Virus record (IMG/VR): IMGVR_UViG_3300016457_001349
Strand: one strand, 5' to 3'
Source: an uncultured virus (IMG/VR IMGVR_UViG_3300016457_001349)
Lineage: Duplodnaviria; Heunggongvirae; Uroviricota; Caudoviricetes
Length of the DNA stretch: 64,000 bases
The notes below the pieces were generated by a model. It had not been told where the DNA came from, did no database searches, and saw only the letters and a list, made by a program, of their open reading frames with translations. A program made the translations under genes and the position numbers. Shown piece after piece: positions 1-7,278 of the stretch. Position 1 is the first letter of the stretch. The number at the start of each line of letters is the position of its first letter.

Positions 1-638
1 TCTACCCACTTATAAAGATAAATGTGATCTTCTTCAGCTTTTATATTGAGCCACTTTAACCATTCTTTTTTACTTCTAGGTTTAAAAGTTTTCTTAAAAA
101 TTCTACTTTGACCATAGGATTCAACCTTAGCTTCTGAAGATTCTAAATCACAAAGACTCCAGTCATAAAGGGTGGCTGAAGCCTTATCGCATAGAGAAGC
201 ATAACTTTTATCTCGCAGAATCGCTTTTGATTGATCTCTTAGCATAGCTTTGGAACGTGCAAAGAGAACAGCTTTTGATTCTCCAAATAGAATAGCATTC
301 GAATCACCCTGGAAATAGCCAAGAGACTTCTCTATAAGAGTTGCCTCTGAGCTAAAAAATCTTCCTCTAGATTTTCCAGCAAGGAAAACCTGAGCCTCAT
401 CAAAAAATATACCCTCGGCTAGTTCTTTTAGAACAGCCACTGTTTGACCTTCGACTTTTACAAACGATTCACCACTCGCCTGAAGTTTTCGAACTGTTTT
501 TAAATAAACTCTAGATTTGCCTTCGACAAAAAGGATAATATTATAGGGCACTTCAATCCACCCTAAGTCAAGATCGTGAATTTCTACAATATCTCCTTCT
601 TGTACATACTTAAGGTCTATTTTGCTTTTAATTTTCAT
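1..638 (-). CDS. Octapeptide-repeat family paralog 4 (partial, runs off the window edge)
   Basis: Not in the ORF track. Manual translation from the ATG at 638 (ATGA overlap with the stop of 635..1654) gives MKIKSKIDLKYVQEGDIVEIHDLDLGWIEVP...KEWLKWLNIKAEEDHIYLYKWV, with the same DLDLG and LYKWV motifs as its neighbours. Confidence 0.85.
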   Translation of the reverse strand, partial: MKIKSKIDLKYVQEGDIVEIHDLDLGWIEVPYNIILFVEGKSRVYLKTVRKLQASGESFVKVEGQTVAVLKELAEGIFFDEAQVFLAGKSRGRFFSSEATLIEKSLGYFQGDSNAILFGESKAVLFARSKAMLRDQSKAILRDKSYASLCDKASATLYDWSLCDLESSEAKVESYGQSRIFKKTFKPRSKKEWLKWLNIKAEEDHIYLYKWV

Positions 639-1654
639 TTTGGATCTCCTTTCACTTCTATCCATTCATTTTTTTCTAATTTAAACTCAGCAATATATTT
701 ACTTAATTTTTGAACGCGAGCTTTATAAGGGCCATAACAATCAATACCGGTATAAACTCTAATGTATTGAGCCGGAACTCTGAATTTTAACATCCTTCCC
801 TCTTCAGAAGGATTAAAATGAAAGGCCGTCCAAGGATCAAACGCTAAATGCAGACCTCTTCCGCACTCATCCTTATAATCAGGATCCCAATCAGGAGCCT
901 CTATTTTTTCTTTTGAATAATCAATAGTTCCAGTATGGAAATCTCTATAATTCTTATCAACCCACTTATAAAGAAAGATATAAGTTTTTCCATCTTTCTC
1001 AAAATGCTCTGCATTGTTCCACTTAATCCACTCGCTTAGACTTTTTACAGTATAGGGTACTTTTTTAATTATCTTGCTATCTCCATAAGAATATGCTTTT
1101 GCTCCTCTTGAGGCAATCTCACCCGTACTCCAATTATAGAACCTTCCCTCTGAATTTTCTAATAAGAGCCCAAACGAACTATCATAAAATCGACCTTTGG
1201 AATTTTCATATAGCGAACCTCTTGATCGTCCAAAAAATATACCTTTAGAACAAGAAGATAAATAACCAAAACTAGAAGAATGAAAAATACCTAAAGAATG
1301 ATCGGTGAGATTTCCTTGCGTTCTCCAATAATAATCAGCTCTACTATAATCGTACTGGAAACATTTTGCATTATGTCGAATAATTCCATAAGCTGAATCT
1401 TTTAGAATTACTTCTCCTCCCTCAATATCAAGGATAGACTCATCGAGAGCCGTAACTTTGGAAATCTTCGCTGCCTTCAAAATTGACTTGCCTTTCAAAA
1501 CAACTTCTACATTTTGAGGGATAACCTGGAATCCCAAATCAAGATCCTCAATTTCAATAGTCTCAAACTCCGGGACCTCTCTGATCTGATCTTTGTGTTT
1601 AATTTTTATCATTTTAGAATTCTCCTCTTTTTTCATTTTTGAATCTCTATCCAT
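635..1654 (-). CDS. Octapeptide-repeat (beta-solenoid) protein with conserved C-terminal domain, paralog 3
   Basis: About 12 8-aa repeats (e.g. LYENSKGR FYDSSFGL LLENSEGR), then LYKWV...APDWDP...ECGRGLHLA. True start may be MIKIKHK. Confidence 0.8.
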   Translation of the reverse strand: MDRDSKMKKEENSKMIKIKHKDQIREVPEFETIEIEDLDLGFQVIPQNVEVVLKGKSILKAAKISKVTALDESILDIEGGEVILKDSAYGIIRHNAKCFQYDYSRADYYWRTQGNLTDHSLGIFHSSSFGYLSSCSKGIFFGRSRGSLYENSKGRFYDSSFGLLLENSEGRFYNWSTGEIASRGAKAYSYGDSKIIKKVPYTVKSLSEWIKWNNAEHFEKDGKTYIFLYKWVDKNYRDFHTGTIDYSKEKIEAPDWDPDYKDECGRGLHLAFDPWTAFHFNPSEEGRMLKFRVPAQYIRVYTGIDCYGPYKARVQKLSKYIAEFKLEKNEWIEVKGDPK

Positions 1655-2640
1655 TCATTTTTAAATAACTTAAGTTCTGCTATGTACTTCTTTAATTTTG
1701 GTACCCTTACCTTGTAGGGCATTTCCACATCTTTTTGGAGATAGGGATAAAGATCTTCAATGGGAACCTTAAACTTCAACATTCGTCCTTCCCTAGTTGA
1801 TTTGAACATATAAGCCATCCACGGATCCGAAGCCAAATGAAGCCCCCGGCCGCATTCTACATCATATTCTGGATCCCAATCAGGAGCAACAATTTCTTCT
1901 TGTGAGTAGTCTATCGTACCCGAGTAGAAATCTTTATAATCAGTTCGTACCCACTTATATAAAATCGCGAACTTTTGATTATTCTTTTCGAGGCATTCAA
2001 TATTATTCCATTTTATCCATTTCTCAAGATCTTTTACTTTGAAGACTTTTTTAATTTTTTTACTATCACCATGTAGCTTGATTTTTGGGCTAGAGGAAAG
2101 AGATGGGAAGATTCTGCATAAACTCCAGTTAAAAAACTCGGCCTCACTGTTTCCAAGAACTACTCCTTCGCTATTATCATAAAATCTTCCTAAGGCGTTC
2201 TCTTTCAAGACACCTCTAGAATAATCTAAAAAGACGCCCTTTGCTGAAAAGGTGAGAGTTCCTTCTGATTGCTCGTAGAACATTCCAAAGGTTTGATGGG
2301 TTAAATCGGCTCTAGATTTCTTAAAGAAAAAACCCTTTGACTTGTCTCGAAGATAAACACTAGAACTTCCATAAAACTCTCCCTTTGCGTCATCAAATAG
2401 AAGGGCAACGGAAGTTCCTAGGACTCTAATTTTAGAACGTTCTCTAGCTTCAACTCTTCCAACCGAAAAAACTTCTACATTAGCTTCACCCCTAAGGATC
2501 AAGGTCACTTTTTTAGGAATTTCAATAAATCCCAAGTCTAAATCTTCAATAACTACTACTTCGCCTTCTCTGATTTTGGGAAGATCGTCTCTAAATCTTA
2601 TTTTTCTAGTCATTTTATTTCTCCGTTTTGGTACAACCAA
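1633..2640 (-). CDS. Octapeptide-repeat protein with conserved C-terminal domain, paralog 2
   Basis: IEDLDLG N-terminal motif, 8-aa repeats, LYKWV...APDWDPEYDVECGRGLHLASDP...YKVRV. True start is probably MTRKIRF. Confidence 0.8.
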   Translation of the reverse strand: MVVPKRRNKMTRKIRFRDDLPKIREGEVVVIEDLDLGFIEIPKKVTLILRGEANVEVFSVGRVEARERSKIRVLGTSVALLFDDAKGEFYGSSSVYLRDKSKGFFFKKSRADLTHQTFGMFYEQSEGTLTFSAKGVFLDYSRGVLKENALGRFYDNSEGVVLGNSEAEFFNWSLCRIFPSLSSSPKIKLHGDSKKIKKVFKVKDLEKWIKWNNIECLEKNNQKFAILYKWVRTDYKDFYSGTIDYSQEEIVAPDWDPEYDVECGRGLHLASDPWMAYMFKSTREGRMLKFKVPIEDLYPYLQKDVEMPYKVRVPKLKKYIAELKLFKNEWIEIQK

Positions 2641-2825
2641 TTAATTCCTATTAAAGCAAAGAAGATCTCCTGCGCCTTTTTGAATCTTATGCTTTTATAT
2701 TGATAGAAGATCTTTCCATTCTCTACCATTTCCACGAAATGAAATTCTCTTTTAGTATAGAATCTCAGAGAAACATCTTTACTTAATTGAATTAATGCTC
2801 TTAATTTTTCCATTATTAAACCCAC
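2610..2825 (-). CDS. Hypothetical protein
   Basis: Fills the gap between paralogs in a co-directional, tightly packed run. Confidence 0.55.
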   Translation of the reverse strand: MGLIMEKLRALIQLSKDVSLRFYTKREFHFVEMVENGKIFYQYKSIRFKKAQEIFFALIGINWLYQNGEIK

Positions 2826-3865
2826 TTTCCATTTTTTAAATGAAGTTCTTCAATGTATTTATTTAGTTTTTTAACGCGAACTTTAGCGGGAAAAATCAAA
2901 GGCTTATTGAGAAGTACTACAAAATCACTAATTGGAACTTTGAATTTGAGCATCCGGCCCTTCGCAAAAGGTTTGAAAGTGAAGGCCGTCCAGGGATCCA
3001 CTGCGAGATGAAGACCCTTCCCGCACTCATCATCAAAAAGAGGATCCCAGTCCGGAGCTTCTATCTTATCTTTTGAATAGTCGATGGTTCCGGAATAGAA
3101 ATCTTTAAAATCTTCTCTGACCCATTTGTAAAGGTACACATATTCTCCTTCAACCTCCGCCCCACTCCATTTTAGCCACTCTCTCTTTGAAGAAAACTTA
3201 TAAAGGATTGAGAAGTGCTTTGAATTTCCATATAATTTAATATTATCCAAATAAGAATCTTCTTTAATGCAGATTGAAGAATCATAGAAAGTTCCACTTG
3301 CCTTAAACGCAAGAATTCCAATCGAAGTATCGTGGAACTCGCCTTCGCCGCCATCTGAGATCTTTCCCTGAGCGTGTCTAAAAAATGTACCTCTCGCAAG
3401 ATCCATCATATAGGCTTGCGAGTAGTCTGTAAAAAAACCAGCGGCGCGACCAGTTAGGTGTCCTCTGGAATTATCATAGAAATAACCAAATGGTATTTCT
3501 TCTTTTTTCTCTTGCCAGAACGATTTAGTAGTACTCCATAAATATCCAATAGAAAAATCAAAAAACCTTCCGGAACTACTATCATATAGATTGCCTTTGC
3601 TATTATCATAAAACTCAGCGCTAGATTCATCATAGAGTCTTGCATGTCCTCCGTTTCTAATAATCGCCTTCGATTTATTATGAAGTACCAAAGATACTTC
3701 TTGTTTTACTTCAATTTTAGAATTTCCCTTCAGAACTACTACTACATTCTGCGGAAAGGACACCAAACCAAGATCTAGGTCTTCAATTAAAACTTCATCG
3801 TAGGGCCTTACTTTTAAAAGATCGCCTTCCCATTTTATTACTCTTAGATTTCTTTGTTTTTTCAT
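2816..3865 (-). CDS. Octapeptide-repeat protein with conserved C-terminal domain, paralog 1
   Basis: IEDLDLG; repeats LYDESSAE FYDNSKGN LYDSSSGR; C-terminal APDWDPLFDDECGKGLHLAVDP; GGAGG SD upstream. Confidence 0.8.
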   Translation of the reverse strand: MKKQRNLRVIKWEGDLLKVRPYDEVLIEDLDLGLVSFPQNVVVVLKGNSKIEVKQEVSLVLHNKSKAIIRNGGHARLYDESSAEFYDNSKGNLYDSSSGRFFDFSIGYLWSTTKSFWQEKKEEIPFGYFYDNSRGHLTGRAAGFFTDYSQAYMMDLARGTFFRHAQGKISDGGEGEFHDTSIGILAFKASGTFYDSSICIKEDSYLDNIKLYGNSKHFSILYKFSSKREWLKWSGAEVEGEYVYLYKWVREDFKDFYSGTIDYSKDKIEAPDWDPLFDDECGKGLHLAVDPWTAFTFKPFAKGRMLKFKVPISDFVVLLNKPLIFPAKVRVKKLNKYIEELHLKNGKWV

Positions 3866-4028
3866 TTTTTTCCTCCGTAATTGCTTGATTACAAACTACA
3901 AAACAACTTCCAGAGCGAACCATTCTTTTTGCTTCGTCTAAAGAAACAAGACCTAACATAACTCCCTTAGAAGACCAAAGCTGAACTTTGGAAGTTTTAA
4001 GAGAATTAGGATCGTGTCTCCAATCCAT
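3795..4028 (-). CDS. Hypothetical protein
   Basis: GGAGG SD upstream of the ATG; co-directional with neighbours. Confidence 0.6.
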   Translation of the reverse strand: MDWRHDPNSLKTSKVQLWSSKGVMLGLVSLDEAKRMVRSGSCFVVCNQAITEEKNEKTKKSKSNKMGRRSFKSKALR

Positions 4029-4038
4029 CTTCGCCTCC

Positions 4039-4782
4039 TTATAATTTAATTCTTTTCTCTATTTTTTCAAATTGTCCTGCATTTTCTAATACTTCTTTTC
4101 GTTCTTTTAGCATATTTCTTAATTTTTCTAGTTCTTCAAAAGCAACTTTCTCTAGATTTTTGACAGCTTCTTTACAGGTTGTTCCAGTTGCACTGATCTT
4201 CATATATCTCATTTTTCTTTTTCCATCATATTGACCCCAAGAAGGATGAAGGATATCTTCGCAAATTGAAAGGCGACCTCCAAATTGGAACTCTTCGATG
4301 AGTCGCTTTTTTCCATTAGTAGGAAGAAGAATTCGTCCAGAAACTACTAAATTATCATCAATTCCCGGCTCGTTCTGGCGAATTTTCTCAATAAGGATTT
4401 TTGCACTTGAGATTGGAAGTTGATAGTCAATCTCTTTTGGTTCAAATTTTCCGGCAAATTTTAAAACTTCTCTTCGTTTCAAAAGGGCCTCCTTTAATTT
4501 GTTCAGTTCTAAATTAACAAATCCAAAAAGATCTCTTTTTGCTTCTTCGAAAGTAAAGCCTCGTCCTATGAGGGTTTTAAATCTCATTTTATGAGCAGGA
4601 TCATACTGCCCCCAACAATCTCGAAGTGCTTCGCCACAAATAAATATGTACGTATAAAATCTGATTTTGGGATCCAAAAAACCATCTTTTGTAGGAAGAA
4701 AAAGTTTTCCCTTGACTTCTATTCGGTCATCGAATGATGGAAGTCTTTGATATCCTTCTTCGATTATGACTCTAGCTTCCAT
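4039..4782 (-). CDS. Hypothetical protein made of two tandem ~120-aa homologous domains
   Basis: Both halves contain DD..V.G...LPT, WGQYD...KMR and EVL..AG.FE; AGGAGG SD. Confidence 0.75.
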   Translation of the reverse strand: MEARVIIEEGYQRLPSFDDRIEVKGKLFLPTKDGFLDPKIRFYTYIFICGEALRDCWGQYDPAHKMRFKTLIGRGFTFEEAKRDLFGFVNLELNKLKEALLKRREVLKFAGKFEPKEIDYQLPISSAKILIEKIRQNEPGIDDNLVVSGRILLPTNGKKRLIEEFQFGGRLSICEDILHPSWGQYDGKRKMRYMKISATGTTCKEAVKNLEKVAFEELEKLRNMLKERKEVLENAGQFEKIEKRIKL

Positions 4783-4793
4783 GTTGATCCTCC

Positions 4794-5072
4794 TTAAAAC
4801 TCAATTTGAATTTTCATTGGTCTAAATTTTCTCTCGCCCTTCTTAAAATTAAGATATAAATAATCACCCCCTTTATCTTCTATAATTCTTCGACCCGTTG
4901 CTGAGTTTCCCCAAAGATAAACATCTCCAGTTAAATCTTTGGGGTTGTCCGAGAAGTGCAATTCAATTTTCTTTAAGGCTTCTCTGAATGAGTCAACGCC
5001 TGTTATAAGGTGCCTTCCTTCAGTATCCTTAAACTGAAGTTCAAATTTAGGTGTTCTCACTCGTCCCATCAT
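4794..5072 (-). CDS. Hypothetical protein
   Basis: AAGGAG SD; tight packing. Confidence 0.65.
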   Translation of the reverse strand: MMGRVRTPKFELQFKDTEGRHLITGVDSFREALKKIELHFSDNPKDLTGDVYLWGNSATGRRIIEDKGGDYLYLNFKKGERKFRPMKIQIEF

Positions 5073-5082
5073 TTTTCTCCTT

Positions 5083-5595
5083 CTAGTTAGTTAAAAGTTT
5101 TTCAAGTCTTTTTAAAACGTTTTCAGGTACTTTTTTTACTAACCATGCCGTACCATATTTATATCCTCGGTCAATTTCTAACCCGTTCTCTTTTAGAATC
5201 TTAAGCTCTTCTTCATATCCTAGTTTCTTTGTGGTTATTTTTTTTAGAAGTTCAGTTTGTTTTTTGGTTCCTGCTTGAAGATCATTTAAATGATGTTCTT
5301 TCCAGATTTCCAGAATCTCAATTAAGTCCTCCGGAAAGATCCACTGGTTTTTATCCATCTCCCTTAGTGACATATCTACTTGACCCCAGGCCTCTGCTCG
5401 AGGTCTTCCTCGTCCACAGGAATAATAAAGATCGCCAGTAATTGATAATCTGACTATCATTTTTTCTTTAAGATCTTCCCAATCAGTTCCAACTCTTTCT
5501 GATTTTCTAGCAATGATCTTTGCAAGATAGAACTCTTTGGAGTTTTTACTTTTAATTTTAAAACATTTTTTCCCGATGATTGTTCCATTATCCAT
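5083..5595 (-). CDS. Hypothetical protein, paralog of 5609..6127
   Basis: Shares LSITG, GQ, HLNDLQAGTK.QTELLK and GYKYG..WL with the adjacent gene. Confidence 0.75.
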   Translation of the reverse strand: MDNGTIIGKKCFKIKSKNSKEFYLAKIIARKSERVGTDWEDLKEKMIVRLSITGDLYYSCGRGRPRAEAWGQVDMSLREMDKNQWIFPEDLIEILEIWKEHHLNDLQAGTKKQTELLKKITTKKLGYEEELKILKENGLEIDRGYKYGTAWLVKKVPENVLKRLEKLLTN

Positions 5596-5608
5596 TTTTA
5601 GTTCTCCT

Positions 5609-6127
5609 CTAATTGGTTAAAATTTCTTCTAGTTCTTCTAAAATTTTTTCAGGTATTCTTTTTGCTAGCCATTCTGAGCCATATTTATATCCTTGATCGA
5701 CCTCTAAACCGTTCTTTTTTAAAATTTTAAGTTTTTCATCATATTTAAGTTTTTCGGCTTCAAGTATTTTCAAAAGCTCAGTTTGTCTTTTAGTTCCCGC
5801 TTGAAGATCATTTAAATGGTACTCATCCCAAATTTCTAGAACTTTATTCAGTCTGGTGGGAAAGATCCACTGAACGTCTTTTTGAATTTCTCGTAAGGCG
5901 GTATTAATTTGTCCAAAAGTTATAAAGTCAGGATTTTTTTTCGAACCATTAGAATAAAATAAACTACCAGTAATAGATAAATTAGTAAACTTATCCTCTT
6001 TGAGGTTCTCCCAGTCTTTTCTAGTTGCTACTCTTATTCTAGCAGAAATCTCTACAATATAGAATTCATTGGATTTTTTATTTTTGATTTTAAATTTTTT
6101 AGTTTCTAAAGTTTTTTCACGAGTCAT
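5609..6127 (-). CDS. Hypothetical protein, paralog of 5083..5595
   Basis: Shares LSITG, HLNDLQAGTKRQTELLK and GYKYGSEWL with the adjacent gene. Confidence 0.75.
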   Translation of the reverse strand: MTREKTLETKKFKIKNKKSNEFYIVEISARIRVATRKDWENLKEDKFTNLSITGSLFYSNGSKKNPDFITFGQINTALREIQKDVQWIFPTRLNKVLEIWDEYHLNDLQAGTKRQTELLKILEAEKLKYDEKLKILKKNGLEVDQGYKYGSEWLAKRIPEKILEELEEILTN

Positions 6128-6144
6128 TTTAGTTTCTCCTTATT

Positions 6145-6405
6145 TTAGTCTTCAACAAATAATTTTTCATTCATTAATAAAGTGATCTCACCAATCTCTT
6201 TGATTTGGTCAACGGTTAGTTTAGATCCAAGATTTTTTTCCAGATAATAGACATATCCTTCTTCTAACAAGTAGGGATCGGGATCTGAATCCTTGCTGTG
6301 ATAGGTCTCAATCCATTCTCGGAAAGTTAAAATATGATCCATAATTCCTCCTTCTTTAATTTTTACCATAAAATTCTGCTTTCGAATTTTCATGGAGAAA
6401 TCCAA
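6145..6405 (-). CDS. Hypothetical protein
   Basis: Likely start MDHILTF after a GGAGG SD. Confidence 0.6.
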   Translation of the reverse strand: MDFSMKIRKQNFMVKIKEGGIMDHILTFREWIETYHSKDSDPDPYLLEEGYVYYLEKNLGSKLTVDQIKEIGEITLLMNEKLFVED

Positions 6406-6799
6406 AAGAAGATTCGAAAAACTTTCCCCTGGATTCCTCGAAAAGTTCTCCGCTGGAGTGTCCGAAGAAATATGCTGAAGCTCTATTGCCTAAAATAGCT
6501 TTTGAATAATCAAAAAAATAACCTTTGGAATTATCTCTAAGAAGGCCCTCTGAAAAATTTCGAAAGAAGCCCTTTGTTTTATCATGGAGGAAGGCATGGA
6601 TTTTTCCATGGAAGAATCCAACTGAAGAATCAAAAAGAAAAACTTTTGCTGCCCCTTCGATCTCAATAGAAGATTTTCCGGTCAAATAAATTCGAAGATT
6701 TTTATTTGTGATTTTAATTTTTACTTTTAAATCTTGTACTTCAACATCTTCATTCCAGTCAAATTTTTTGAGTTGAATTTCATTTTTTATGATTTTCAT
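6356..6799 (-). CDS. Short octapeptide-repeat family member lacking the C-terminal domain
   Basis: Repeats LFDSSVGF, LHDKTKGF, LRDNSKGY, FFDYSKAI; no LYKWV or ECGxGLH domain. Confidence 0.7.
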   Translation of the reverse strand: MKIIKNEIQLKKFDWNEDVEVQDLKVKIKITNKNLRIYLTGKSSIEIEGAAKVFLFDSSVGFFHGKIHAFLHDKTKGFFRNFSEGLLRDNSKGYFFDYSKAILGNRASAYFFGHSSGELFEESRGKFFESSFGFLHENSKAEFYGKN

Positions 6800-7028
6800 T
6801 TTTTTCTCTCCATTCGTTTATCTTTTTTCTAATTTCTTGTTTTAAATAAAAAACCTCGATAGTTTTTTTCTCTTTTAAATTTTTAGGCGCTTCGTCTAAA
6901 ATAAGAAACTTCAGATGATAAACTTCTTTACAAAAGATAACTGAAAAATTTTCACCCAGGACTCTAATTTCTACTTCCTTGAACTCTTTACTTAGAAATC
7001 TTTCAAGTTCTTTTTTGGGGTTTTTCAT
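6780..7028 (-). CDS. Hypothetical protein
   Basis: First ORF of the early operon, directly after the 7029-7278 intergenic region. Confidence 0.6.
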   Translation of the reverse strand: MKNPKKELERFLSKEFKEVEIRVLGENFSVIFCKEVYHLKFLILDEAPKNLKEKKTIEVFYLKQEIRKKINEWREKNENHKK

Positions 7029-7054
7029 TAAAATTGTCCTTTGATTTGTTGTTT

Positions 7055-7128
7055 AAACCCCCGCGCCGGGTCTTTATATAATGTAGTCAAGCTCGGAAGG
7101 CGGGCCCGGCCCTCGGGGGGCGGGGTTT
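7055..7128. other. GC-rich nested inverted-repeat element (candidate origin or structured RNA)
   Basis: AAACCCCCGC pairs imperfectly with GCGGGGTTT; inner GCCGGGTCT pairs with GGGCCCGGC (allowing G-U); set in an AT-rich intergenic region. Confidence 0.5.
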
Positions 7129-7186
7129 CATACACTTGTTTAAACAATTATTTTTTCTTTTAAGTTTCAATTATTTTTAAAAAAAA

Positions 7187-7229
7187 ATAGGGTCTTTAAA
7201 TCTATTTATTTAATAGATTTAGACCCTAT
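7187..7229. terminator. Imperfect hairpin downstream of primase-helicase (probable terminator)
   Basis: ATAGGGTC-tt-TAAATCTATT...AATAGATTTA-GACCCTAT, with A-runs on the + strand that read as a U-tract after the stem on the - strand. Confidence 0.55.
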
Positions 7230-7278
7230 GCACAAAAAAAAGAAGACGAAGTAAAACCGGAAGGCGATAGATTATATT

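Noticed and set aside
7055..7128. tRNA gene
   Set aside because: Right size and GC-rich, but no cloverleaf, T-loop GTTC or D-loop consensus.
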